This document shows, one piece after another, positions 31,961 to 41,982 of a stretch of DNA of 64,000 nucleotides. Position 1 is the first letter of the stretch; every line of letters starts with the position of its first letter. Source of the stretch: a bacterium (lineage in GTDB: Bacteria > JADJOY01); contig JAXLQJ010000033.1 of assembly GCA_046331705.1 (NCBI GenBank), forward strand, positions 1 through 64,000. The letters are read 5' to 3'. The position numbers were made by a program, and so were the translations under genes. A model generated the notes under the pieces. It was not told the DNA's origin. It did no database searches and worked only from the letters and a program-made list of their open reading frames with translations.

Positions 31961-34026
31961 ACCCCGCCGGACCTCGCCGCTCGCGTGCGCGCCTCGGGTG
32001 GGCGTGCGCCGCCGCGAGCCTGGCGCTGGCGGCGGCCTGCGGGGACGGCGGCGCTCGTTCCGCCAGCGGCGCGCGCACCACCGCCGTCACGTCGTTCGCT
32101 GCCGACGCGAGCTTCTACGACTCGCCCTTCCCGTCCGACCACCGGCGTGACGACGGCGGCCGTCCGCGCCTCGACGGCTTCCCCAACCCCGACGGGGTCG
32201 CCTTGGTCGACGACGTGCTCGCGCTCGCCGAGCGCGAGTCGGATGGCTTCAGCGTGACCACGGGTGCGTTCTTCCGCTTCACGGCGGCCCTCGACCCCGA
32301 GAGCCTGCCGCGCGCGCCCCTCGACACCCTGGCGGGCACGGCACCGGTCTTCCTGATCGACGTCGACCCCACGTCGCCGGAGCGCGGCCGCCGATTTCCG
32401 CTCCATGCGGGGTTCCAAGCAGACGCCGGCCCATTCGGCGCGACCAACCTGCTGGTGCTGCTGCCGCTGCAGGGCATCCCGCTCGCCGAGGGCACGCGCT
32501 ACGCCGCGGGTGTCACGCGCGCCGTGCGCGATGCCGCGGGACGGCCGCTGGCGAGCTCGCCCGAGATGCAGGCGCTGCTTCGCGGCAAGCGGCCCGCCAG
32601 CATGGGCGACGGCGTCTTCGCGGAATACCGCGACGCGCTCGCGACGCTCGACGAGCTTGGCATCGGCGCCGACGCGCTCGCGGCGCTCACGGTGTTCACC
32701 ACCGGCCATCCCATGCGCCGCATGCGCGCGCTCGCCGAGCGCATGGAAAACATCGCGCTGCCCGCGCCGGTGACGCCATGGGAGCGGACCGACGTCTTCG
32801 ACGATTTCTGCGTGCTGGCGGCGCGCATCGACATGCCGATCTTCCAGCGCGGCGATCCGCCGTTCTTCTCGGGGGGCGGCGACATCGTTTTCGACGCAGC
32901 CGGCGCGCCGGTGCAGCAAGGCACCGAACCGTCGCGATTGGTGGTCACGCTGCCACGAAAAACCGAGCCGGCGGCCGGATTCCCGGCGATGGTGTTCATC
33001 CGCACCGGCGGCGGCGGCGATCGGCCGCTGGTGGATCGCGGACGCGAGCCGAGCCACGGCGCGGGCGCGCTCGAGCCTGGCGAAGGCCCCGCGCGCTACT
33101 TCGCTCGTGCGGGCTTCGCCGCGATCAGCTTCGACGGCCCGCACGGCGGGCTGCGCAACGTCTCGGGCATCGACGAGCAGCTCACCGTCTACAACTTCCT
33201 CAACCCGTCGGCGCTGCGCGACAACGTCCTCGAGACCGCTGCCGAGGCGGTGCTGATGGGGCGACTGCTGGCCTCGCTCTCGTGGCCGGCCGCGACGTGC
33301 CCGGCGCTCGACGCGAGCGCCACCGGCGACGACACGGTGCGCATCGACGCGAGCCGCATGGGCATCATGGGGCACTCGATCGGCGGCACGGTGGCGCCGC
33401 TGGCGCTCGCCACCTCGGCGCGGCTGCGCGCGGCGGTGCTGAGCGGCGAAGGCGGCAGCTACCTCGAGAACCTGCTCTTCAAGGAGAGCCCCGTTCCCGT
33501 GAAGCCCATCGCCACCGCGATCCTGCGCTACGGGCAGCACGGGATCGAGCTGAGCCGCGCCGATCCCTTCCTGTCGATCCTGCAATGGGCGGCGGAGCCC
33601 GCCGATCCGCCCAGCTACGGACGCGCGCTGATCGGCGCGCCCATCGCGGGTGCCTCGCGCCACATCCTGATGTTCCAGGGCATTCGCGACACGTACATCA
33701 CGCCCACCATCGCCAACGCGAGCACCGGCTCGTTCGGCCTCGACCTGGGCGGCGCCGCGCTCGACACCAGCGTCAACGACGTGTTGGTGGCGAGTGGCGG
33801 CGAACGGATCGAGCTACCCGCGGCCGGCAATCTTCGCGGCAGCGCCGGCGAAGCCGTCACCGGCGTGGTCGTGCAACATCCCGAGGACGGCCTCGAGGAC
33901 GGCCACGAGATCGCGTTCCAGCGCGACGAGCCGAAACGCCAATACCAATGCTTCCTCGCCACCTTCGCCGCCGACCAGCCGCCGCTCGTCACCACCGGCA
34001 GCGCCGACGCGCCGTGCGCGCCGTAG
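31957..34026 (+). CDS. Alpha/beta-hydrolase (lipase-like) lipoprotein, probable CTG start
   Basis: Frame open upstream of the 32203 TTG: LNPAGPRRSRARLGWACAAASLALAAA-C lipobox (Cys 32038), FYDSPFPSD, DGFS; nucleophile GHSIGG; DGHEIAF. Confidence 0.8.
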   Translation: MNPAGPRRSRARLGWACAAASLALAAACGDGGARSASGARTTAVTSFAADASFYDSPFPSDHRRDDGGRPRLDGFPNPDGVALVDDVLALAERESDGFSVTTGAFFRFTAALDPESLPRAPLDTLAGTAPVFLIDVDPTSPERGRRFPLHAGFQADAGPFGATNLLVLLPLQGIPLAEGTRYAAGVTRAVRDAAGRPLASSPEMQALLRGKRPASMGDGVFAEYRDALATLDELGIGADALAALTVFTTGHPMRRMRALAERMENIALPAPVTPWERTDVFDDFCVLAARIDMPIFQRGDPPFFSGGGDIVFDAAGAPVQQGTEPSRLVVTLPRKTEPAAGFPAMVFIRTGGGGDRPLVDRGREPSHGAGALEPGEGPARYFARAGFAAISFDGPHGGLRNVSGIDEQLTVYNFLNPSALRDNVLETAAEAVLMGRLLASLSWPAATCPALDASATGDDTVRIDASRMGIMGHSIGGTVAPLALATSARLRAAVLSGEGGSYLENLLFKESPVPVKPIATAILRYGQHGIELSRADPFLSILQWAAEPADPPSYGRALIGAPIAGASRHILMFQGIRDTYITPTIANASTGSFGLDLGGAALDTSVNDVLVASGGERIELPAAGNLRGSAGEAVTGVVVQHPEDGLEDGHEIAFQRDEPKRQYQCFLATFAADQPPLVTTGSADAPCAP

Positions 34027-34043
34027 ACTCGAGTCGCGACGGC

Positions 34044-34081
34044 GCCGCGCGTGGCGCGGAGAGCGCCGTGCCGCGCGCGGC
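34044..34081. terminator. GC-rich hairpin between convergent genes
   Basis: GCCGCGCG (34044-51) / CGCGCGGC (34074-81) with an inner TGGCGC/GCGCCG stem; no U tract. Confidence 0.25.
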
Positions 34082-34102
34082 GACCGCCACGAACCCGCTA
34101 CG

Positions 34103-34714
34103 CTACTTCGCCGGCGGTGCGGCGGGCGCTGCCGAAGGTCCGGCGGCGGGCGGCGCTTTGGGCGCATCCCACGCAGGCGGCGGCGGGAACACCAGCGCCG
34201 AGCCCTTGAACGGCTGCCCCGGCGGCACCAGCGCCGGCATCACGTGATGCACCGCGGGAATGGACTTGAGATACGCCGCGATCGCCGTCGCGTCCTCGTC
34301 CGTCAAGCCCACGAAGTCGGGCCACGGCATCGGCGGCAGCAAGATGCGGCCGTCCGGCCGCCGACCGTTGCGGATGGCATCGACGATCTGCGCCTCGGTC
34401 CAGCTGCCGATGCCGGTCTCGACGTCGGGCGTGATGTTGCGCGGGAAGCTCACGCCCCAGGGACCTTGCCAACCGAGCTCGCTACCCGCGAGGCGCCGCG
34501 TGAGGTCGGGCGCCCCGTAGAATGAGCCGGGTGTGTGGCAATCGCCGCATCCCATGACCGTGACCAGATACTCACCCCGCGCCACCTTCGCGTCCGGCGC
34601 CGCCTTCGCCCCGGCCTCGACGTGCGATGCGGCCCACGCGGCCACCGCGGAAACCAGCATTCCGCTCACCGCGATCCAGGTCGTGCGCGCCCACCTTCGT
34701 TCTCCTCGTTCCAC
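34103..34714 (-). CDS. Periplasmic monoheme cytochrome c
   Basis: Signal peptide; VARGEYL, CGDCHTP, NITPDVETGIGSW, PPMPW, AIAAYL. Confidence 0.92.
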   Translation of the reverse strand: MERGERRWARTTWIAVSGMLVSAVAAWAASHVEAGAKAAPDAKVARGEYLVTVMGCGDCHTPGSFYGAPDLTRRLAGSELGWQGPWGVSFPRNITPDVETGIGSWTEAQIVDAIRNGRRPDGRILLPPMPWPDFVGLTDEDATAIAAYLKSIPAVHHVMPALVPPGQPFKGSALVFPPPPAWDAPKAPPAAGPSAAPAAPPAK

Positions 34715-34894
34715 GGCTTGCGTTCCTCCCCGCCTTCGAGTGGCTTGCGCTTCGTTCGATCGTCCGACGGCACGGTGGCGACGAGCGCCACGCGCCGCAT
34801 CGGTTTCACGGACGGCGACGACTCCTTGGACGAACGCGCGAGGGCGTTCATTTCCCTCCGGCCGTCGCCAGACGTCGAAGATCGAGCGGGAATC

Positions 34895-35797
34895 ATGACG
34901 GACGATCCTGGTGTGCCGTCAAGGAACGAGCGCCTCGGCGCGCTGCTCGACGACCTCGAGCACGGCGAGGCCGAGTGGCGAATGAGCGCGGCGCTCGCGC
35001 TGGGACGCCTGGGCGCGCCGGCCGTGCCCGGATTGGTGGAGGTGGTGCGATCGGGCAGCCCCGCAGCGCGGGAGGCCGCGGGCGCGGCGCTGGGGCGGAT
35101 CGGGCGCTCGACGCGCGCCGTGCCCGAGGCGCTGCTGGGGCTCCTCGACGATCCAAGCGAGGACGTGCGTGACGCCGCGGCGCGCGCCGTGGGCACGATG
35201 GGCGCCGCCGCGGTGCCCGCGCTCACGGCGCTGCTCGCGACGAATCGCGCCGACCTGCGGCGCGTGGCGGCACAGGCGCTCGGCTGCCTGGCGCGGGACG
35301 CCGAGCCGGCGACCACGGCCCTGGCGGCGCTGCTCGACGATGCAGCGCTCGAGGTGCGTCGGCGAGCGGTGTGGGCGCTCGGCAAGATCGGCGCACCCGC
35401 CGTGGCGGCGCTCGCCCGCGCCCTCGGCGACGGAGATACCTCGGTGCGACTCACCGCCGCGCGCTCGCTGGCGGGAATCGGGGAGCGTGCGCAAGCGGCC
35501 GACGCGGCGCTGCGCACGGCGCTCGCCGACAGCGACTTCCGCGTGCGCGTCCACGCCGCCAACGCGCTCACCCAGCTGGAGGGCGACGTCGCCCCCGCGG
35601 TGGCGATCCTCGCGGAGGCCCTCGAACAGCCCGACCCGAGCTTCCGTGCGCTCGCCGCGCGCGCTCTCGGCCGAATCGGTCCCGCTTCCCGTCAGGCGGC
35701 GACGGCGTTGCTCAAGGCGTTGCGGGACGACGACGCCGAGGTCCGCCAGGCCGCCCTCGAGGCCGCCAAGAAATCTCACCGCGACAAGCTGAACTGA
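34895..35797 (+). CDS. HEAT/PBS-lyase repeat protein
   Basis: Repeated D..VR..AA.ALG.IG units from MTDDPG. Confidence 0.88.
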   Translation: MTDDPGVPSRNERLGALLDDLEHGEAEWRMSAALALGRLGAPAVPGLVEVVRSGSPAAREAAGAALGRIGRSTRAVPEALLGLLDDPSEDVRDAAARAVGTMGAAAVPALTALLATNRADLRRVAAQALGCLARDAEPATTALAALLDDAALEVRRRAVWALGKIGAPAVAALARALGDGDTSVRLTAARSLAGIGERAQAADAALRTALADSDFRVRVHAANALTQLEGDVAPAVAILAEALEQPDPSFRALAARALGRIGPASRQAATALLKALRDDDAEVRQAALEAAKKSHRDKLN

Positions 35798-36011
35798 GCG
35801 CTTGCAGGGGAGTTTCGAGCCGCCACCGTTCGCGGAAGAGCGGCGCCGCGAGCCCGCGTCGTCGCGGCGCGCGGCCTCTCGAGCCCGCCGCACGTGGCGC
35901 CGGCGCGCGCATCCGTCAAGGGCATTCACCCGCGCACCGCCGGATCCCCATTGACGAGCCGTGGTGGCGTGCGCACGTTCGCGCTCCCATGCCCACTCGT
36001 GGAGGTCCGCA

Positions 36012-36440
36012 GTGATTCGCACGTGTCCTTCCTGCGCCAGGTCCAACCGAGTGGCGGCGAAGCACCTCGCCGCCACCGGGCGCTGTGGCGCGTGCAAGTC
36101 CACGCTTCCTCCCGTCTCCGAGCCCATCGACGCCGACGCGGAATCGTTCGACGAGATCGTGAACGGCGCCACCGTCCCCGTGCTCGTGGACTTCTGGGCC
36201 GACTGGTGCGGCCCGTGCCGGACGGCTGCGCCCGAGGTGAAGCGCGCCGCCCTCGAGGCCGCGGGCCGAGCCCTCGTCCTCAAGGTCGATACCGAGCGTC
36301 ACCCCGAGGTCGCGGCCCGTTTCGGCGTGCGCAGCATCCCCAACTTCGTCGTGCTCGCGCGCGGCCGCGTCGTGAAGCAACAAGCGGGAGTCGTCCCCCA
36401 CACCCAGCTTCTCGCCTGGCTCCGCCAGGCCGCGGCCTGA
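36012..36440 (+). CDS. trxC: Thioredoxin 2 (zinc-binding)
   Basis: N-terminal CPSC..NRV..CGACK and active site DFWADWCGPC, SIP. Confidence 0.88.
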   Translation: MIRTCPSCARSNRVAAKHLAATGRCGACKSTLPPVSEPIDADAESFDEIVNGATVPVLVDFWADWCGPCRTAAPEVKRAALEAAGRALVLKVDTERHPEVAARFGVRSIPNFVVLARGRVVKQQAGVVPHTQLLAWLRQAAA

Positions 36441-36598
36441 GCGCTTGCCGACGACGCCGCTCCGGCGAGATGCGGCCGTACGGCGGCTCCGCGGTTCCGG
36501 GACTCGGTCCGTCGTTCCGCGCATTCACGGGTCCGCGGTGAGTTAGCATGCGACGCGCTCGCGATCGGTCGCGTTCGCGTCGATCGTCGGAGGCCAAC

Positions 36599-36988
36599 GT
36601 GTCGGGTCCCGCTCGCGCCGGTGCGCTCGTCTACGCCCTCGACCTCGAGCGCCTGGCCGGGTTCTACGTCGCGCTGCTGGGCATGCGGCGGCTCCACGGC
36701 GACGACGAGCACGTGGTCCTCGCCAATGGCGACTTCCAGCTGGTCGTGCACGCCATCCCGCCGGAATACGCCCGCGGCATCGTCATCCAGTCGCCGCCGG
36801 TGCCGCGCGAAGACACCGCGATCAAGCTCTTCTTCACCGCACCGAACCTCGCGGACGCCGCCGGCGTGGCGCTGCGCCTCGGCGGCCGGCTCTTCGACGC
36901 CGAGTGGGAGGGGCCAGGTTTTCGAGCTCGCAACGGCTGCGACCCGGAAGGCAACGTCTTCCAGCTGCGCGAGCGCACGAGCGGATAG
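36599..36988 (+). CDS. VOC/glyoxalase family protein
   Basis: YALDLERLAGFY..LLG and DPEGNVFQL motifs; GGAGG RBS. Confidence 0.85.
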   Translation: MSGPARAGALVYALDLERLAGFYVALLGMRRLHGDDEHVVLANGDFQLVVHAIPPEYARGIVIQSPPVPREDTAIKLFFTAPNLADAAGVALRLGGRLFDAEWEGPGFRARNGCDPEGNVFQLRERTSG

Positions 36989-36991
36989 GCG

Positions 36992-37489
36992 ATGAGCACG
37001 GCGACGCCGCCGGCGCCCGCACTGCCCGCCGCCCCACGCTCGCGCTTCGTCACGGGCTTGGCATGGGTGATGATCGTGGCCGCTGGCGCCGCCACCCCGA
37101 TCAGCCTGCTCTCGTTGCTGATGGTGTTGGCCCACAGCTACGGGACCTCGGCGTCCGATCCGCTCGGGTTCGTCAACGTGGTGCTCGGACCTCCGGCGAC
37201 GTTGGCTGCGGGCGTCGGGCTGTTGCGACGCCGCTGGTGGGGGCATCGGCTCACGTCGGTTCTCCTCGGCCTGACACTTCTGTCGAACCTGATCTCGATG
37301 GTGCGCTCGACGGCTGCGCCGCGCACGTACGTCTCACCCGACGGCGTCCCCACGACGGTGCTGGGCGCGGGCCCCAGCTACTTTCTCCCGGTGGTCGTGA
37401 TGTGCGCGGCGCTGATGTGGAAGCTCGCGACGCCAGCCGTCCGCGCCGAGTGCAGGCGCGCAGGCCAGGCGGTGCGCGACGGAGCGTGA
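36992..37489 (+). CDS. Hypothetical membrane protein
   Basis: 165 aa, four TM-like segments, GLLRRRWWG motif, 3 bp after the VOC gene. Confidence 0.7.
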   Translation: MSTATPPAPALPAAPRSRFVTGLAWVMIVAAGAATPISLLSLLMVLAHSYGTSASDPLGFVNVVLGPPATLAAGVGLLRRRWWGHRLTSVLLGLTLLSNLISMVRSTAAPRTYVSPDGVPTTVLGAGPSYFLPVVVMCAALMWKLATPAVRAECRRAGQAVRDGA

Positions 37490-37519
37490 CGCTTCGGCAT
37501 CATCGGCAGCGGCCTCGTC

Positions 37520-38026
37520 ATGGCATTCCTGCGGCGGACGATCGCGACGACCCTGCCGGCGCACCGAGTGCTCGAGCTCGTGTCGAGATCGGTCGGGCCG
37601 AAGCTCGAAGCTCGAGAACTCGACCGGACCGGCGACTGGATCCGGGATGAGCTCGCCGCGCGCCCGCTCACGGGCCAGCTCTGGCACGACGGCTTCGAGG
37701 TGCCGCCGCGGGATCCGGGACGCAACTCGTTTCGGCCGACGATCGTCGGCAAGATCGAGGCGAGCCCCGACGGCACGAGGGTCGAGCTCGGCGTTCGACT
37801 GAACCCCTTCGGCCTGGTCGTCGTTGGGCTGCTCGGCCTGTCTTTCGCCGAAGACGTGGGCCGCTGCGTGGCGGCCTCCGGGCTTCGATTCGGCGCGCAT
37901 TGCGGCGGCAGTCTCGCGGCGCTCGCCTTCCTGCCGGCACTGCTGTGGGCCGGGCCCCTTCCCGAGGCGAGAAGGGTCGAACGTCTCTTGCGTGCCCGAC
38001 TTCTGGAGCGCGGCGACGGCAAGTGA
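37520..38026 (+). CDS. Hypothetical membrane protein
   Basis: RNSFRPTIVGKI motif followed by two hydrophobic segments. Confidence 0.6.
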   Translation: MAFLRRTIATTLPAHRVLELVSRSVGPKLEARELDRTGDWIRDELAARPLTGQLWHDGFEVPPRDPGRNSFRPTIVGKIEASPDGTRVELGVRLNPFGLVVVGLLGLSFAEDVGRCVAASGLRFGAHCGGSLAALAFLPALLWAGPLPEARRVERLLRARLLERGDGK

Positions 38027-38123
38027 CGGTGCGGGTTGCGACGCGAGCGGGTAGGCTCGCGCCGGCACGCGCGCGAGCGCGCCGCGGTGGTCGTCTTCCG
38101 AGATCGAGCGAAGGATCGCACCG

Positions 38124-39863
38124 ATGAACGAGTCGAGGGTCGGAACCCCGCTGCGGTTGTGGCCGGGGGTGGTCATCGTGGCGCTCCAGTGGCTGGTCCG
38201 CTTCGCCATTCCGCTCGTCGTGCCGGCGTTCGCGGGCACCGCGGTGCTCGGTGGCCTCGCGGGTGCCGCGGGCGTGGTGGTGTGGTGGCTCTTCTTCAGT
38301 CGAGCGCCATGGCTCGATCGCGTGGGCGCGATCGTGGCGATGGCGGCGGCGCTCGCGGTCACGTCCCGCCTGGTTCACACGTCGATCGCGAACGGCATGA
38401 TGGGTTTCATGCTGCCGATCTACGCCGCCCCGCTCTTGAGCCTCGCGCTCGTCGCAGGTGCGGCGGCGAGTCTGCGACTGCCACGCGAGCTCGGACGGGC
38501 CGCCATCGCGGCGTCGATCGGGATCGCGTGCGCCGCGCTGACGCTGGTGCGAACCGGAGGCATGACCGGTGACGCCGTATCCGACCTGCACTGGCGCTGG
38601 ACGAGCGCTCCGGAGGAGCGGCTCTTGGCGAGCGCGAGCCAAGCGCCCGTCGCGGGCGCGGCCGATGCGGTCGCCGCGAGCTCGGATGCCACGGTCGCGG
38701 GCGGCGAATGGCCCGGATTTCGCGGCGCCGATCGCGACGGAATCGTTCGCGGCACCTCGATCGCGACCGATTGGAAGACCTCGCCGCCGGTCCAGCTCTG
38801 GCGTCGACCCGTCGGTCCGGGGTGGTCTTCGTTCGCGGTCCACGGCAAGCGCTTCTACACACAGGAGCAGCGGGGCCAGGAGGAGATCGTCTCCAGCTAC
38901 GACCTCGCCACCGGAACACCCTTGTGGCAGCACGGCGACGCGGCGCGCTTCTGGGAATCGAACGGCGGCGCCGGGCCGCGCGCCACGCCCACGGTGAGTG
39001 GAGACCGGGTGTACTCGTTCGGCGCCACCGGCGTCCTGAACGCGCTCGATGCGAGCAACGGCGCCGTCGTCTGGTCGCGCAACGCCGCGACCGACACCAA
39101 GCGGAAGGTGCCCGAGTGGGGATTGTCGAGCTCACCGCTGGTGATCGAGGACGCGGTGGTGGTGGCGGTCGATGGACTGCTCGCGGCCTACGATCTCGCC
39201 ACCGGCCAGCCACGCTGGACCGGCCCACCCAAGGGTTGGGGGTACAGCTCGCCGCAACGCGCGTCCATCGACGGAGTCGAGCAGATCGTGCTCTCGAATG
39301 GCGAAGGCGCGATCGGCGTCGCCCCCGCGGACGGCAAGCTGCTGTGGAGGCACGAGTGGTCGGGCGACGGCATCGTGCAGCCCGCGGTGCTCGCGGACGG
39401 CAACGTGCTGATCGGCAGCGGCTCGGGGCTCGCCGCGGCCATGGGCCTGCGGCGCGTCGCGGTCACGAACGGCGCGGCCGGGTGGACGGTGGCGGAGCGC
39501 TGGACCTCCAACGGGCTCAAGCCCTATTTCAACGATCTCGTCGTTCACGAGGGGCATGCGTTCGGATTCGACGGCAGCATTCTCGCGTGCGTGGATCTCG
39601 CGGACGGCACCCGCAAGTGGAAGGGCGGCCGGTACGGTCACGGACAGATGGTTCTGCTCGCCGATCAAGACCTGCTGCTGGTGCTCTCCGAGGACGGCGA
39701 CCTGGCGCTCGCGCGGGCAACTCCGGATCCGTTCACGGAGCTCGCGAGGGTCCCGGCCCTCGACGGCAAGACGTGGAATCACCCGGTGCTGGTGGGCGAC
39801 GTGCTGCTGGTGCGCAACGGCGAGGAGATGGCAGCCTTTCGGCTCGCGACGACGAGCGGCTGA
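38124..39863 (+). CDS. Membrane-anchored PQQ-like (BamB-type) beta-propeller protein
   Basis: N-terminal TMs; WPGFRG, LWRRPVGPGWSS, GPRATP, repeated D..TG...W, KTWNHP. Confidence 0.9.
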   Translation: MNESRVGTPLRLWPGVVIVALQWLVRFAIPLVVPAFAGTAVLGGLAGAAGVVVWWLFFSRAPWLDRVGAIVAMAAALAVTSRLVHTSIANGMMGFMLPIYAAPLLSLALVAGAAASLRLPRELGRAAIAASIGIACAALTLVRTGGMTGDAVSDLHWRWTSAPEERLLASASQAPVAGAADAVAASSDATVAGGEWPGFRGADRDGIVRGTSIATDWKTSPPVQLWRRPVGPGWSSFAVHGKRFYTQEQRGQEEIVSSYDLATGTPLWQHGDAARFWESNGGAGPRATPTVSGDRVYSFGATGVLNALDASNGAVVWSRNAATDTKRKVPEWGLSSSPLVIEDAVVVAVDGLLAAYDLATGQPRWTGPPKGWGYSSPQRASIDGVEQIVLSNGEGAIGVAPADGKLLWRHEWSGDGIVQPAVLADGNVLIGSGSGLAAAMGLRRVAVTNGAAGWTVAERWTSNGLKPYFNDLVVHEGHAFGFDGSILACVDLADGTRKWKGGRYGHGQMVLLADQDLLLVLSEDGDLALARATPDPFTELARVPALDGKTWNHPVLVGDVLLVRNGEEMAAFRLATTSG

Positions 39864-40085
39864 CGGGCCGGACATCGTCGTGCCGCCGAAGCCGCCCGAC
39901 GCCTCGGTGGACCAGACGACACCACGGCGCTCGCGAGAAGCTCGGCCCTCCGCCGGTCGGTGGACGTCGCCACCCGCGATCCTGGATCGCGGCGCCATGG
40001 TCCGAGCACGCACGGACGTGCTATCGACACGGGACGGCCCCGAAGCCGACGGGGCGCGTCGTCACCGAACGAAAGGAAAAGCCCG

Positions 40086-40982
40086 ATGACGCTGAGCGAT
40101 TTCGTGGCTGCGGCGTGGCGCGCGCACGGCGACGAATCGGAAGAGGTTGCCGAACGCATCGCCGATTCGTTGCACCTGGTGGCGCAGCCCGAAGACGTGG
40201 CACCGTTCGTGCGTTTGCTGACCCACGTGTATGGCGAGCACCTGGGCCGGTGGCAGCGCGGGGTCGAGCTGCTGGAAGCGATCCAGCGCTCACCAGCGTG
40301 CGACGGCAATGCCGCCGCCACCGAGCCACTCCGGCGCGGGATCGCGGCGCTGCGCGTGGCGGACGGGGACGGCGCTGCGACCGACTCGCTCACGGAGGCC
40401 GATCGCGCGTACGCGTTCGCGACCGCCGCGGATGCGCTGGCGGCGCGCGGCGAGCTCGGGCGCGGAATCGAGCTCCTCGAACGGGCGCTGGCTTGCGTTC
40501 CAGCCGACCTCGGAGCCGATCATCCAGCCATTCGCGCGTTGGCGATCACCGGCAACAACGTGTCCGCCGCGCTCGAGATCCGCGAAACGCTCGACGCCCG
40601 CGAGTCGGCGGCGATGGTGAAGGCGGCCGAGGCCGGACTGCGCTACTGGAAGCTCGCAGGGACCTGGCTCGAGGAAGAACGCGCCGAATACCAGCTCGCC
40701 CGCAGCTTGCTCCGAGCCGGCGACCTCGAGGCGGCGCGCGAGCGGATCGACCGCTGCATCGTGATCTGCCGCGAGAACGATGCCCCCGCGTTCGAGCGCT
40801 TCTTCGGGCATGCGGTGCGAGCGCTCGTCGCCCGCGCCGCGGGCGACGCCGCAGGCTACGAATCGCATCGCCAGGCCGCGCTCGAACACTACGCACACGT
40901 TCCGGACGGCGAGCAAAGCTGGTGCGACCGCGAACGCAGCGAGCTCGACAGCAAGCCCGCTCTCGGCGGAAGCAGGTCATGA
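40086..40982 (+). CDS. Hypothetical alpha-helical/TPR-like protein
   Basis: AAGGA RBS; HVYGEHLGRW, LAITGNN, YWKLAGTW..ERAEY..A helical repeats. Confidence 0.75.
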   Translation: MTLSDFVAAAWRAHGDESEEVAERIADSLHLVAQPEDVAPFVRLLTHVYGEHLGRWQRGVELLEAIQRSPACDGNAAATEPLRRGIAALRVADGDGAATDSLTEADRAYAFATAADALAARGELGRGIELLERALACVPADLGADHPAIRALAITGNNVSAALEIRETLDARESAAMVKAAEAGLRYWKLAGTWLEEERAEYQLARSLLRAGDLEAARERIDRCIVICRENDAPAFERFFGHAVRALVARAAGDAAGYESHRQAALEHYAHVPDGEQSWCDRERSELDSKPALGGSRS

Positions 40983-41152
40983 CGAGCGGCCGTATTTCCC
41001 AAGCGCTCGGCTGCGTAGTGTTCGTTCTCATCTTCCTCGTCTTCTCTTCCCAGCTTCGCCGCCTCCCGCGCGACGCACGTGTGTATCGGTGGATCCGCTG
41101 GACGAACGTCCTCGTCGTCGTCTACCTGGTGCTCGCCAAGATGTGGTGCTGA
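40979..41152 (+). CDS. Small two-TM membrane protein
   Basis: 57 aa MTSGRISQALGCVVFVLIFLVFSS...WTNVLVVVYLVLAKMWC; ATGA overlap with upstream stop. Confidence 0.55.
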   Translation: MTSGRISQALGCVVFVLIFLVFSSQLRRLPRDARVYRWIRWTNVLVVVYLVLAKMWC

Positions 41153-41272
41153 TCCGCACCTCTCCGCGCAGCGCTCGATCCTCGCGCGCAGGTCACCCTT
41201 CGCTGCCATGAGCACCATTCACCCGAGCTCCGCGCGCGCGGATCGCTCGTTCTCGATGCGCGGGCTTCCGAC

Positions 41273-41677
41273 ATGAAGCGCGCGCTCGTGACGACGGCCG
41301 CAATCGTCCTCGCGTGGACGGCAGTCGACGCTCTCGCTCATGGCCTGGTGCTGGCACCGCTCTATCGGGCGAACGCGGCCCTGTGGCGTCCGCTCGCCGA
41401 CATGAACGCGGGGTTGGTGATGGCGGTTCGGGGCATCCTGGCGATCGTCTTCGTGGCGACGTACCAGCGATTGGTGCAACCCAGGACGCTTGCGGCGGGG
41501 TTGAAGCTCGGCGCTTTGCTGGGTGTGGCGCTCGGCACGTCCGCGGGGCTCGGCACCTACATCCACTCGCCGATTCCGCTCACGCTGGCGCTCGGCTGGC
41601 TGGCGCTGGGCATCGCGAAAGGTGTGCTCGCGGGTGCGCTTCTCGGCGCGCTGGCTCGCGAACGCCAACCGGCCTGA
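41273..41677 (+). CDS. Four-TM membrane protein (DUF1761-like)
   Basis: HG.VLAPLY....LWRP motif, GLKLGALLG, PIP..LALGW. Confidence 0.7.
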   Translation: MKRALVTTAAIVLAWTAVDALAHGLVLAPLYRANAALWRPLADMNAGLVMAVRGILAIVFVATYQRLVQPRTLAAGLKLGALLGVALGTSAGLGTYIHSPIPLTLALGWLALGIAKGVLAGALLGALARERQPA

Positions 41678-41982
41678 CGAGCGCACGGCCGCGGCTCGGG
41701 GTGGGGCAAGGTTTCGCCCCACGTCGGATGCCGTGGATCTCGTTCTTCTATCCGAGCGAGTACGGGCTGCCCCTCATCGGCGTGCTCGGCGTGGGGTTGC
41801 GGGCGAGCGTTTCCGACTGCCCGTTCTGCCGCTGGGTCGCTGACGACGAATTTCACCGCCGCGAGGGGTGGTTGAGCTAGTGTGCGACATGGCGCCGACG
41901 TCCTCGCGCCCGGTCGACGCACGCACCACCACGGATTTCCACGGAGACTCGGCGCACGCGAGCTCCGCGACGGAGGTGAAGC

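Noticed and set aside
41728-41880. 50-aa ORF MPWISFFY...SDCPFCRW as a microprotein or HIT-like remnant
   Set aside because: No clear RBS and no support beyond one CxxC
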